Shown: positions 36,935-50,662, counted from the stretch's first letter. The stretch: DNA of 64,000 nucleotides from Chiloscyllium plagiosum (GCF_004010195.1 NC_057716.1:11094235-11158234), one strand, 5' to 3'. Notes: generated by a model not told the origin, from the sequence alone. Numbers and translations: made by a program.

Positions 36935-39900
36935 ATGGAATGGTTAGAGCAACAGTTAGAGGCTATGAGGAATTTATAAGACCAAGGGGATGCGATGGAT
37001 TGCAGTTATTAGAAGGGAGAAAAGTTACAGGTACAGTCACATAGATGGGTTAACTCCAGGAAAGGTAAGAGAAGTAGGCAGTTAGTGCAGGAGTCTTCTG
37101 TGGCTATCCCCATTTCAAATAAGTGTGCTGTTTTGGAAAATGTAGGGGTTGATGGATTCTCAGGGGAACGTAACACAAACAGCCAAGTTTCTGGTATTGA
37201 GACTGGCTCTAATGCAATAAGGGGTACATCAGGTTCCAAGAGAATGGTTGCGTTAGGGGACTCTCTAGTCCAAGGTACAGACAGATGTTTCTGTGGCCAG
37301 CAGCGAAAAAACAGAATGGTGTGTTGCTTCCCTGATGCCAGGATCAAGGATGTCTCAGAGAGGTTGCAGAATGTTCTCAAAGAGGGAGGGTTCAGCAGGA
37401 GCTCATCGTACACATTGGAACCAACAACATAGGAAGGGAAAAGGATAAGATTGTGAAGGGCGATTACAGAGAGTTAGGCAGGAATTTAAAAAGGAGGTCC
37501 TTGAGAGTAGTAATATCTGGATTACTCCCAGTGCTACGAGCTAGAAAGGGCAGTTATAGGTGGATAGAGCAGATGAATGCATGGCTGAGGAGCTGGTGTA
37601 TGGGAGAAGGATTCACATTTTTGGGTCATTGGATCTTTTGGGGTAGAAGTGACCTGTACAAGAAGGACTGATTGCACGTAAATTGGAAGGGAATTAAAAT
37701 ACTGGCAGGGAAATTTGCTAGAACTGCTTGGAAGGATTTAAACTAGCAAGGTGGGGACGTGGGACCCAGAGAGATATTTAGGAAAGAGATCAATCTGAGA
37801 CTGGTACAGTCGAGAAAAGAAGTGAGTCAAACAGTCAAGGCAGGCAGGAACAATGCAGAGAACAAGGTAGGAATGATAAATTAAACTGCATTTATTTCAA
37901 TGCAAGGGGCCTATCAGGGAAGGCAGATGAACTCAAGGCAGGGTAAGGACATGGGACTGGGATATCATAGCAATTACAGAAACATGGCTCAGGGATGGAC
38001 AGGACTGGCAGCCTAATGTTCCAGGATACAAATGCTACAGGGAGGACAGAAAGGAATGCAAGAGAGGAGGGGGAGTGGTGATTTTGATAAGAGATAGCAT
38101 TACAGCTGTACTGAGGGAGGATATTCCCGGAAATACATCCAGGGAAGTTATTTGTGTGGAACTGAGACATAAGAAAGGGATAATCAAATTATTGGGCTTG
38201 TATTATAGACCCCCTAATACTCAGAGAGAAATTGAAAAACAAATTTGTAAGGAGATCTGTAAGAATAATAGGGTGGTTATGATAGGGGATTTTAACTTTC
38301 CAAGCATAGACTGGGACTGCCATAATGTTAAAGGTTTAGATGGACAGAAATTTGTTAAATGTGTACAAGACAATTTTCTGATTCAGTATGTGGATGTGCC
38401 TACTAGAGAAGGTGCAAAACTTGAATACTCTTGGGAAATAAGGCAAGGCAGGTGACTGAGGTGTCAGTGGGGGAGCACTTTGGTGCCAGCGACCATAATT
38501 CTATTAGTTTTAAAATAGTGATGGAAAAAGATAGACCAGATCTAAAAGTTGAAGTTCTAAATTGGAGAAAGGCTAATTTTGACGGTATTAGGCAAGAACT
38601 TTCAAAATCTGATTGGGGGCAAATGTTCGCAGGTAAAGGGACGGCTGGAAAATGGGAAGCCTTCAGAAATGAGATAATGAGAGTGCAGAGACAATGTATT
38701 CCTGTTAGGGTGAAAGGAAAGGCTGGTAGATATACAGAATACTGGATGACTAAAGAAATTGAAGGTTCGGTTAAGAAAAGGAAGGAAACATATGTCAGGT
38801 ATAGACAGGATAAATAGAGTGAATCCTTAGAAGAGTATAAAGGCAGTTGGAGTATACTTAAGAAGGAAAACAGGAGGGCAAAAAGGCAACATGAAATAGC
38901 TATGGCAAATAGAGTTAAGGAGTATCCAAAGGGATTTTACAAATACACTAAGGACAAAAGTGTAACTAGGGAGAGAATAGGACCCTTCAAATATCAGCAA
39001 GGCGGACTATGTGTGGAGCTGCAGAAGATGGGGGAGATACTAAATGAATATTTTGCATCAGTGTTTACTGTGGAAAAGGACATGGAAGATATAGAATGTA
39101 GGGAAATAGACATCTTGAAAAATGTCCATATTACAGGGGAGGAAGTGCTGGCTGTCTTGAAATGCATAAAGATGAATAAATCCCCAGGGCCTGATCAGGT
39201 GTACCCTAGAACTCTGTGGGAAGCTAGGGAAGTGATTGTTGGGTCTCTTGCTGAGATATTTGTATCATCGATAGTCACAGGTGAGGTGCCGGATGACTGG
39301 AAATTGGCTAATGTGGTGCCACTATTTAAGAAAGGTCATAAGGACAAGCCAGGGAACTATAGACCAGTGATCCTGACGTCAGTGGTGGGCAAGTTGTTGG
39401 AGGGAATCCTGAGGGACAGGATGTACATGTATTTGGAAAGGCAAGGACAGATTCGGGATAGTCAACATGGCTTTGTGCGTGGGAAATCATGTCTCACAAA
39501 CTTGATTGAGTTTTTTTGAAGAAGTAACAAAGAGGATTGATGAGGGCATAGCGGTAGATGTGATCTATATGGGCTTCAGTAAGGCATTCGACAAGGTTCC
39601 CCATGGGAGACTGATTAGCAAGGTTAGATCTCATGGAATACAGGGAGAACTAGCCATTTGGATGCAGAACTGACTCAAAGATAGAAGACAGAGGGTGGTG
39701 GTGGAGGGTTGTTTTTCAGACTGGAGGCCTGTGACCGGTGGAGTGCCACAAGGATCGGTGCTGTGTCCTCTACTTTCTGTCATTTACATAAATGATTTGA
39801 ATGTCAGCCCAAGAGGTACAGTCAGTAAGTTTGCAGATGACACCAAAATTGGAGGTGTAGTGAACAGTGAAGAGGGATACCTCAGATTACAACCGGATCT

Positions 39901-40722
39901 TGACCAGATGGGCCACTGGGCTGAGAAGGGTGCTTTCCTGAAGGGAAAGCAAATCTTAGCAAGACTTATACACTTAATGGTAAGGTCCTAGGGAGTGTTG
40001 CTGAACAAAGGGACCTTGGAGTGCAGGTTCATAGCTCCTTGAAAGTGGAGTTGCAGGTAGATAGGATAGTGAAGAAGGCGTTTGATATGCTTTCTCTTAT
40101 TGGTCAGAGTACAGAGTACAGGAGTTGGGAGGTCATATTGTAGCTGTACAGAACATTGGTTAGGCCACTTTTGGAATATTGTGTGCAATTCTGGTCTCTT
40201 TCCTATCGGAAGGATGTTGTAAAATTTGACAGGATTCAGAAAAGATTTACAAGGATGTTGCCAGGGTTGGAGGATCTGAGCTATAGGGAAAGGTTGAATA
40301 GGTTAGGGCCCTTTTCCTCGTAGCATCAGAGACTGAGGAGTGACCTTATAGAGTTTTACAAAGTCACGAGGGGCACAGATTGGGTAAATAGACAAAGTCT
40401 TTTCCTTGTTGTGGGGGAGTCCAGAACTAGAGGGCATAAGTTTAGGGTGAGAGGGGAAAGATATTAAAGAGACCTAAGGGGCAACTTTTTCACGTAGAGG
40501 GTGATGCATGTGTGGAATGGGCTGCCAGAGGAAGTGGTGGAGGCTGGTACAATTGCAACATTTAAAAGACATCTGGATGGGTTTATGAATAGGAAGGATT
40601 TGGAGGAATATGGGCTGGGTGCTGAGCGGTGGGACTAGATTAAGTTAGGTAATCTGTATGGAATGGATGAGTTGGACTGAAGGGTCTGTTTCCATGCTGT
40701 ACACCTCTATGACTCTATGACT
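36935..40722 (+). mobile_element. near full-length decayed CR1 (HER1-like) LINE
   Basis: ORF1 SGNH esterase (GDSLV, HIGTN), APE endonuclease (GDFN, SDH), RT (NYRPV, QHGF, PQGSVL, KFADD); multiple frameshifts; (CTATGA)n tail. Confidence 0.92.
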
Positions 40723-41519
40723 CCATTCATCAAATATCAGTAGTCGGTACACCTGCCTAGTTTCTTGCCCAAGTTTCTGCCTCAGCATTTTCATACCAAT
40801 GTCATTTGATTCACCATGAAATGTCAATATCTGGAAGATTAAACTTGTTCACGTTCACGAAGGGCTTTTGCCCGTAATGTCAATTTTCCTGCTCCTTGGA
40901 TGCTGCCTGACCTGCTGTGCTTTTCCAGCACCACTTTAATCTTGACTGTAATCTCCAGCATCTGCAGGACGCACTTCTGTCCATTTGAAGAACTGTCCAA
41001 GGGTTTTTCTCCATTCTTTACAAAAGCAAAGTACCGCAGAATATCGGAAAGCTGTCTTTCACTATCCATTATATCACAAAGAAGAGGATTAGACAATGTG
41101 GATTCTATCACTTTGCTCTTTATTTTTGAGATTTGACAATTTTAGTTTTCATAAATGGGAATAAAACAACTTTTGTTTCTGGTGGATACTGAAAGTGAAC
41201 TGATCTTGTTTGAGTTTTATGACCATTGCATTCTGATTGAAGGGGGAGGAGGATGCTCAGATGAACCATGCAAATTCTCTGACAAAGAGGAAACTTATGT
41301 ATGGCATAAACACCAATCGAGACTTCTCAGCCTGAACAGAAAATAACGCATGGGGCAGAAATTGGTCACTTGGCCCTACTCCACCATTCAATAACATCAT
41401 GGAAAATCTGATTACTCCACATTCTTCCCCACCTCTTGCTAGCCTGTGATTCCTGTGTTTACTAAAACTTTATCTACTTGCATCTTAAAAGTAAGCAAGA
41501 AAAAGATTGCGAGAAAAAG

Positions 41520-42315
41520 ATTCATGCATTTGCAAAGATTAGAAGTAAGCCAGACTTTTGGGAAAGTTTTTAAAAACTAACAAAAAACAACCAACAAATA
41601 AAATAAAGAGGGAGAAGATAATCTTTGATGACCAACTTGAAGATAACATCAAGACAGAAATAATAACATTTTTTAACTACATAAAAAGGAAGACAGACGC
41701 TGAAGTTAACATACGCCCTTCACAGAACAAGGCTGGAGAAACAACAAGTGGCACCAACAAGTGGGCAGAGAAATTGAATAAATATTTTGCATCAGTCTTA
41801 ACATTAGAAGACATTAATAGTGTTCCAAACTTTTTAAATAATCATGCTCAAAGGAAGAGAGGAAATAAATACAATAACCAGCATTAGAAAAAAAGTACAA
41901 AGGAACATAATGGGCTAAAGTCCAATAGGTCTCCCAAACTTGATGAAATGCATCCTAGGCATTTAAAAGAAGTAACTCCAGAGAAAATGGATTCACTGTT
42001 TTCCCATTGTGGAAGAGCTTCAGGCCAGACGGCATAATCTTAGAATAAGGGATCACCCATTTAAGAATGAAATTTCTTCTCTCAGAAGGTAGAAAGACTG
42101 TAGGCCTCTTTACTGTAAAGCGCTACAGAGGCTGGGCCTTTAGGTATATCCAAGACTCTCATAGACAGATTTTTAAATGAGAAAGGATACAGGGTTAAGG
42201 GGCAAAGACAGGAAAGTAGAGTTGAAGATTATCAGACGAGTCACAGTCTCATTAAACACCAGAGTATACAAAGGATGCTGAATGGCCTACTTTGACTCCA
42301 ATATCTTGTGGTCTT
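41520..42315 (+). mobile_element. internally deleted CR1 fragment
   Basis: FFNYIKRK...AEKLNKYFASV, followed directly by 3'-end motifs. Confidence 0.6.
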
Positions 42316-42661
42316 AAATATTTAAAGACTCTGCTTCCACCAATTTTGGGGAGAGTTTGAATGTTCGAAGACCTTCCATGAGAAAAAGAATTCTTAACTG
42401 TCTTAAATGGATAAACATTTACTTTTAAAGTGAACCCTAGTTCTAACTTCTCCCTCAAAGTTGGTTCCTATGCTTTATAACAAAGAAATCTAAAATCGCC
42501 AAGAATGGTGTACTTACAAGGTCAGTAATAGTACAAGAAAATAGTATCAAAGGTCGACGCAGAAAACACTATTTTCTGCTAATGGCAAACACCTAAAAAC
42601 TTGTCAGATAGTCCAGTTATGATCTGTCCATTAAAATAAAAGGGTTATATTTATGGGTCGA

Positions 42662-42941
42662 CACGGAGGTTAGCACTGATGTCCCCCTGTACAAGGAGCC
42701 TGGTTTTGATTCCAGCCTTGGGTGATTGTCTGTGTGGAGTTGGTACATTCTCCCCTTTCTGCGTGGGTTTCTGCCGGGTGCTCCAGTTTCCTCCCACAGT
42801 ACAAGTATGCACAGGTTAGACGAATGAGTCATGCTAAGTGGAGGGTCACCGAGCTGGGGTGTCTGGGTGGAATGCTCTTCAGAAGGTTGGTGAGACTTGA
42901 TGGGCTGAATGGTCTCTTTCTGCACTGCAGGGATTCTATGA
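42662..42941 (+). mobile_element. HE1-like SINE (diverged)
   Basis: ggttagcactg head, conserved body, cactgcagggattctatg tail. Confidence 0.7.
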
Positions 42942-43216
42942 TAGCTAACCATCAGACACCTCTCATCAACAATGCTACTAACCAGCTTTTACAAAGCAGT
43001 AATATTCACTGATGTTCAATTTCAGTTCTGCTCAATCAACACCTACCCCGAATATAGCCTTAGTCAACACCTGATGCTTGAGGCGATAGGAGTGATTGCG
43101 GTTGACATACATACCAAAGCGCACCAACAAAATGGAAGGCCAAGGGAATTGAGGAGAAAACTCTCCACTGTTTCAAATCACAACCAGCAGAAAGGAATAT
43201 GGCTCTGGTTATTGAA

Positions 43217-43450
43217 GGAGAAAGTGAGGACTGCAGATGCTGGAGATCAGAGCTGAAAATGTGTTGCTGGAAAAGCGCAGCCGGTCAGGCAGCATCCAAG
43301 GAGCAGGAGAATCGACGTTTTGGGCATGAGCCCTTCTTCAGGAATGAGCCCTTCTTCCTGAAGAAGGGCTCATGCCCGAAACGTCGATTCTCCTGCTCCT
43401 TGGTTGCTGCCTGACCTGCTGCGCTTTTCCAGCAACACGTTTTCAGCTCT
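43217..43450. mobile_element. young fold-back family-1 PLE-terminus element with 17-bp TSD and hammerhead-like cores on both strands
   Basis: Near-perfect inverted arms of about 90 bp; CTGAAGA-A-GGGC-TCAT-GCCC-GAAA-CG-TC at 43358-85; TSD gctctggttattgaagg at 43202-18 and 43446-62. Confidence 0.9.
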
Positions 43451-46282
43451 GGTTATTGAAGGTTAATCATTTCTGCCTCAAGGCACCATTGCAGGAGTTC
43501 CACAGGCTAACTTCATGGATCCAAACACCTCAGCTACTTCAATGATCTTCCCTCCACCATAGGATCAGAAGTGGGGATGAGTACTGATGTCTACTCAGTA
43601 CTGCCGGTGTTGGACTGGGGTGTACAAAGTTAAAAATCATACAACACCAGGTTATAGTCCAACAGATTTATTTGGAAGCACTTGCTTTCGGAGCGCTGTT
43701 CCTTCATCAGGTAGCCGTGGAGTATAAGATCATAAGACACAGAATTTATAGCAACAGTTTACAGTGTGCTGTAACTGAAATTATCTATTGAAAAAGATTT
43801 GGATTGTTTGTTAAGTTTCTCATCTTTTAGAATGAACATGTTCGTTTCAGTTTTTTCATATGTATATCGCAGAACTTTTTTTAAGTTACATTCTCAAGTG
43901 AGTGTCATGTTGGCCCAGATAATGCATTGAAGGTGTGAGGTACCCTGTGTGAGACTGTCTGTGCCACAATGTTCAGACTGACTCTGATCTATGTGTGAGC
44001 GAATGAGAAAGAGCTTGTGCATGAGAGAGGGTCTGCCTGAGTGTATGGGTCTGCAGGATTGTGTGTGTCTGTAGGAGTATGTGTGTCTGTCTGTGTCTGT
44101 GTGTAGTGCAGTGGGGTCACCTGTAGTGTGACATGAATCCAAAGTCCCACCTGAGGCCATTCCCATGGGTGCCGAACTTGGCTATCTGCCTCTGCTCAGC
44201 CACTTTGCGTTGTTGCCTGTCCCGAAGTGCACCTTGGAGGACGGTCACCTGAAGATCTGAGGTCAAAGGTCCCGGATGGCTGTAGTGCTCTCCGACTGGG
44301 AGGGAACACTCCTCTCTGTTGATTGTTGTGCGGTTTCTGGATTAGTGGTGCTGGAAGAGCACAGCAATTCAGGCAGCATCCGAGGACAGGCAAAATCGAC
44401 GTTTCGGGCAAAAGCCCTTCATCAGGAATAAAGGCAGAGAGCCTGAAGCATGGAGAGATAAGCTAGAGGAGGGTGGGGGTGGGGAGAGAGTAGCATAGAG
44501 TACTTGTAGAGAGAAGAGGAAAACTTCTTCAAGGCAGGCATCCTTGCAAGAGGATTCGCAGTAGGGATTCCAGCATCTGCAGTCATTGTTTTTACCTCAA
44601 CCATAACACCACACAACCCTGTCATTGGCAACCACTGTAAGATGTGTCAGATCATTGACATGGATACTACCATTTCACATCGGGACATCACCCACCATGT
44701 ATGCGGCAGGTACTCGTGTGACTTGGCCAGCATTGTCTCTCTTGAATAAGATACTCCAAGGCATATAAGATATTCCAAGACATGGTGTATTGGCGAGACC
44801 ATGCAGACGCTACGACAACACTTGAATGGACACCGCGCAACGATCGCCAGACAGGGATGTTCTCTCCCTGTCGGGGAAGACTTCAGCAGCCAAAGACATT
44901 TGGCCTCGGATCTTCGGGTGACCATCCTCCAAGGTGAACTTTGGGATAGACGACAATGCAGAATCGCTGAGCAGAGACTGATAGCCAAGCTCAGTATCCA
45001 TGAGGACAGTCTCAACCAGGATCTTGGGTTCATGTCATACTACAGGTGACCCCACCACACTATACACTCACACACACACTCACACTCACATACAAGCACA
45101 CATACACACACAAGCACATATATACAGACATATACACACACTCTCACACAAACACACTCACACACCCACCTACTGTCACAGAGAAATACTTCATCACTAA
45201 CTTACACACTCTCTCAAGCGTGCACACAAACACACACACGTCCTTCTCCCTCACACACACACAAACACACACACGGGGTGAATTTAAATTTGCGGATTTG
45301 AGTTTGCAGATACATTATACTTTGTTCAAAAAGCACACAATCTATCGACAGTCAGTCAATGTGACAATTTTAAATTCCTACTTTGGAAATAACAACAGTG
45401 TGATTCCAGGTTGGGGACAAAACAGACTCTAACTTCACACCTTTAATGCATTGTCTGAGCTGGGCTGTCTCCTTATATTTATCTTACAAATACTGATAAA
45501 ACCTTAAATTATCTTGGGGCAGTAAATTCTGGGATTTGCATATTAATCAATCAAAACCTGCCTCACAATTCTGAGTGATTACATCTAGGTTTGTCTAATA
45601 TATTGCATCAGTTTTATGACACTGATCGTTTATAAATTCTGTGTTCTATGTATCTTTCCCCACAATCTACCTGATGAAGGAGCAGTGCTCCAAAAGCTTG
45701 TACTTTCAAATAAACCTATTGGATTATAACCTAGTGTCCACCCGAGTCCTACACCGGCACCTCCACGTCATAAGTTAGATAACAGAAACCATTTATGCAG
45801 TGACCGTTTACTTCGTTTTCTTTATGACTGATACTTCCTTTATTTTCATTAATTAGTTAGAAATACAGAAGCTTCGACTCTACTGTGATCCACAGCAAAG
45901 TGATCGGGAAACTGCCTGTGAAATCCCTTCAGTGGTGAGTAATTTAGATAATTAGCCATAACCCACAAAGGACCACAGTAGAGAAAACCATATACAGTAT
46001 ATGCTTATTTGGCTTGAGGGACACAAGTCTGCAAGCATGGGGCAAGTCGAGGAGACAGACCTCCATGAATCAGGTCTGGGACTGAACTAATACTTTTGCC
46101 ATCATTCTGCATCATATTGTAGCTATCTGGTCAACTGAGCTAATCAAACCCCTGCTGTGATGAACAAAATAGTCCACTTAACGTCTCAGCCTGGGAAACT
46201 CTTTTAATTTGTACATAATATTTGCATGTTGAGTATATTCCACGAATATTTAACTCTACAATTTATAAATCATTTTCCAATT

Positions 46283-47100
46283 NNNNNNNNNNNNNNNNNN
46301 NNNNNNNNNNNNNNNNNNNNNNNNNNNNNNNNNNNNNNNNNNNNNNNNNNNNNNNNNNNNNNNNNNNNNNNNNNNNNNNNNNNNNNNNNNNNNNNNNNNN
46401 NNNNNNNNNNNNNNNNNNNNNNNNNNNNNNNNNNNNNNNNNNNNNNNNNNNNNNNNNNNNNNNNNNNNNNNNNNNNNNNNNNNNNNNNNNNNNNNNNNNN
46501 NNNNNNNNNNNNNNNNNNNNNNNNNNNNNNNNNNNNNNNNNNNNNNNNNNNNNNNNNNNNNNNNNNNNNNNNNNNNNNNNNNNNNNNNNNNNNNNNNNNN
46601 NNNNNNNNNNNNNNNNNNNNNNNNNNNNNNNNNNNNNNNNNNNNNNNNNNNNNNNNNNNNNNNNNNNNNNNNNNNNNNNNNNNNNNNNNNNNNNNNNNNN
46701 NNNNNNNNNNNNNNNNNNNNNNNNNNNNNNNNNNNNNNNNNNNNNNNNNNNNNNNNNNNNNNNNNNNNNNNNNNNNNNNNNNNNNNNNNNNNNNNNNNNN
46801 NNNNNNNNNNNNNNNNNNNNNNNNNNNNNNNNNNNNNNNNNNNNNNNNNNNNNNNNNNNNNNNNNNNNNNNNNNNNNNNNNNNNNNNNNNNNNNNNNNNN
46901 NNNNNNNNNNNNNNNNNNNNNNNNNNNNNNNNNNNNNNNNNNNNNNNNNNNNNNNNNNNNNNNNNNNNNNNNNNNNNNNNNNNNNNNNNNNNNNNNNNNN
47001 NNNNNNNNNNNNNNNNNNNNNNNNNNNNNNNNNNNNNNNNNNNNNNNNNNNNNNNNNNNNNNNNNNNNNNNNNNNNNNNNNNNNNNNNNNNNNNNNNNNN
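46283..47100. other. assembly gap (818 N)
   Basis: Run of n. Confidence 1.
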
Positions 47101-48007
47101 CGGCAGGGCTGGGAGCTGGGAGCTGGTGTGGGTGTAGAGCTGGGAGTGGGGTCGGAGCCAGTACCTGGAGTGGGTGTGATGGTGGGGGGAATGGGGGTAG
47201 AGTCATGAGCAGGGGTAGTGTTCCCCTCGGGGTTCTGGGGGGTGGGGATAGTGACAGTGGGGTCTGTGGGGGGCGTGTCAGCAGAATGCAGGTGAGTGGC
47301 GCTGGTGGGGGCGGAATTGGTGGCAGGCACGGCAGTAGGGGTGGCGGAAGTCACTGAGGGTGTGGCATCGGCGATGATGTGAGGGCCGGAAGTGGCTGTG
47401 GGAGTGGCCATGATGGGGGCAGAAGTGACATCATCAATCAGCGTCGTGGTGGTAGCTGCATCAGCCGCATGGCTAATGGTGTTTCCGTGGCCAGGGGAAT
47501 CTTCTGGAATGTTTGAGGAGCGCTGGTTATGGAGGTGGGTGGATAAAAGTTTGTTGTACTTACAGTTTTTGATGTTTGAGATGGAGTTGAAATACTGTTT
47601 GTTGAGAGTATGGATTCTCCTGAGGATGTAGTACAGAGTGGGTCCTTTGCAATTCTGAGAGAGTGTAGCCCTCAGCTGAGGGAGGGCAGACTGTAGAGAG
47701 GTTAGGTGCCGGCGCATTGCTGCAAGCGTGGAGCGGAGGATCTTGATGGAGAACCGTTGCTGGTGTTTTTGAATCTGTAGTCTGTACTGTTTGTCCTGTT
47801 CGGGTCCGAACTCTGCTGGTTTAAAGGTGGTCTGGAGTCTGTGTGGGATGAGTTGGTTACGGAGACAGGCACTGAGGAAGCAAATGTGGCTGTGATAGTG
47901 AGTTTGTTTCAGGACATGGTTGAAGAGCTTCAGGGCTGAGGAAATGACCTCGGAGTTGCAGTGAGAGAGAGACTCCCTGAGATTCTTGTAGAGAGAGGAG
48001 GAAAACT
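47101..48007 (-). mobile_element. open N-terminal part of a Penelope-like ORF running into the assembly gap
   Basis: About 300 uninterrupted codons (FSSSLYKNLRESLSHC...HSHICFLSACLRNQLIP...) then a Thr/Pro-rich linker; the same FSSSLYK start occurs at about 44505-44560 next to a pLTR. Confidence 0.65.
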
Positions 48008-50662
48008 TGATGCTGCCTGAATTGCTGTGCTCTTCCAGCACCACTAATCCAGAATCTGGTTTCCAGCATCTGCAGTCATTGTTTTTACCTGATTGTTGTG
48101 CGGTGTCCATTCATCCGTTGCCGTAGCCACTGCTCAGTCTTGCCAATGTACCATGCCTCAGGACATCCTTGCCTGCAGTGTATGTGATAGACAACATTGG
48201 CTGAGTCGCGTGAGTACCTGCCACCCCACTGTACCACACACATACACACAGATACACAGAGACACAGAGAGATGCACACTCACAGACAGACAGACCTACA
48301 GACCCATGCACTCACGCAGACTCTCTGTCATACACAAGTTCTCTCTCATATACTCACACACACACACCCACGCACACATGCACCCTCTCACAGACTTATA
48401 CTCATTTACACTCACACGTACATACTCTCTTACAGACACTTATAACCAAACCCCAACACACACACACTCACATGCATGCACGTGCATGCGTACACACACA
48501 CACATACACATATAAGTTTGAGGGGTGAATTTGTACTTGCAGAATTTATTTTGTTTTGCTCAAAAACTGCATGAATCCATGTAAGATTCCGTAAATCCTT
48601 TCTTTAAGATTAGAATCAGTCTGAACATTGCAGCACAGACAGTCTCACACAGGGTACCTCACACCTTCAGTGCATTATCTGGGTCTACATGACACCAATT
48701 CTTAAAGTTTAAAGAAGTTCTGTGATTTACATATGAATAAACTGAAACCAACATGTTCATTGTAACTCACAAAGTAAACCTTTGCTATAATTTCTGTGTC
48801 ATATGATCTTATACTCCACAACCACCTGGTGAAGGAGCAGCACTCCGAAAGCTAGTGCTTCCAAATAAACCTGTTGGACTATAACCTGGTGTTGTGTGAT
48901 TTTTAACTTTGTACGATACTATTTGCAACTCCTTACATATTCTTCATGTACAAACAAAGCAAAATTTGGACAACATTCAACCTTGTGCTGATATGTAATG
49001 AAACCAAAGTACTCGAAAAGCTCAGCAGTTCATGCTTCTGTTATAGAAATGAGTTTCTCTGGCACTATCTGTTTTTATTTCAGACCTCCAGTATATGCAG
49101 AATTTTGTTCTTATTTGGGTTGATAAGTGCCAAGAGTCACTCCTGCTGTACACGTGCTAGATAATGGCTGTCTGCAACAAAACTATTTTCAATCATCTTC
49201 CCTTGATATTCAAGGGATTCACCATTGTTGAATCTCCCACTATCAACATCTTGGGATTTACCTTTGATCAGAAACGGAACTGAACTAGACTAATGCCTCT
49301 GACCCCTAACCCATCCATCATCTCCAAGGCGCAACTCAAGAGTATGATGGAATACACTCCTCTGGCCTGGATGATTGTAGCCCCTGACCATTCTGACTTA
49401 GAGATATATTGCCAATCCACTGTCACTGGGTGAGAATTCTGGAACTTCCTTCCTGACAGCATTATAGATGATAAGAAATAGGAACAAGAGTAGGTTGCTT
49501 GGTTCCTCAAGCCTGCTCCACTATTCAATAGATCATGGCTGATCCAACAATCCTCAAAGTGGAGCCCCTACAACCAAAGCACAGCAAGAAGACAGCTCAC
49601 CACCACCTCCTGAAACATTATGTCAATGGTAGGGGCCAGGTGTTGGAAAATGGGATTAAAATAGATGGATACTCGATGACTGTTGCAGACAGAATGGGCC
49701 AAAGAGTTTGGTTCTATGCCATAACAAAACATTTTATGAATTTTCCAGGGCAACCAGGGATAAGCAATCTTCTTCCAAACATTAATTTACACCCATTTTA
49801 CATTTCAACTTCTCTGTTGCTCAACTTTGCAATCCCATTTTGTCTTTTGCACTGGGCCTCCACATCATCTGTTTCCTCTGCTCCGTCTCTCCCTCTGTTG
49901 AAAGTATAAAAAGAAACACAATCTTTCAGTTCTGGAGATGGGTCATATTGAACACTAACTGTTAATTTTGGTTTTTCTTTCTTTCTACAGAGAAAACGTT
50001 TCTCCAGCATTTTTGTGTACTTGTTTCAGATTTCCAGCATCTACTATACTTTTCTAAATTAGTGATGAACAATAAAAATTGATCTAGCCAGTCACAGCCA
50101 CATTCTGTATCCCACTTACTATATTCCTCCGACTAATTCATTAATCTTTTAACGGTTCATGTTTGCGGGCTCTTAACCAAGTTAATCGATATTACTATAA
50201 TAAAGATCTACAGATGCTGAACACCTGAAACAAAAAAATTGAAACTGCTGGAGAACCTCAGCAGGTCTGGCACCATCTTTGGGACGAAAGTAGAGTTATG
50301 TTTCAAGTCCGTTGACTATCAATCAGAACTGTTAGTCGCTAGGAGAATGTGGTACTTATGCTGAAGTCAAAGTTGGGATGAGCGGAGAGACGACTGGATT
50401 GTTGGAGATGAAGCACACTGAGAGGAATGAAAGGGGTAGATAGACAAGGCGATTATGGACAGCAGGCCAGGACAGAATAAAAGCTGAATGAATGAAAATA
50501 AGAACTAAGAGTAAGAAAATGGTTTGGCTGTGCTGAATGTAACTCATTTAATGTGATAATGGGCATTGGAGTAAATTAATTAGTGGTAAAAGTAACCCAA
50601 ATCATAACAGCGAGAAAGACTGCAGGTGCTGGATTGGCTGAACTGGTCCTCAGATTCCTGAT

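Larger units (their letters stand above)
43603..48914. mobile_element. nested cluster of Penelope-like elements (GIY-YIG, pLTRs, CA-rich 3' UTRs)
   Basis: Minus-strand GIY-YIG split between 48090-48230 (ANVVYHIHCRQGCPEAWYIGKT..LRQRMNGH) and about 44120-44334; + strand copy 44600-45770 (MQTLRQHLNGHRATI...); family-2 pLTRs at 43603, 45667 and 48820. Confidence 0.85.

Noticed and set aside
40839-41111. 90-aa minus-strand ORF as a possible extra exon
   Set aside because: No recognisable homology or convincing splice sites; half of it lies in a PLE terminus.
45000-45432. His/Thr-rich ORFs (also 48093-48515)
   Set aside because: Translations of CA-rich microsatellite in PLE 3' UTRs.
46222-47208. 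Long ORFs of 303-615 aa
   Set aside because: Inflated by translating through the N gap; only 47101-48007 (minus) is real open frame.
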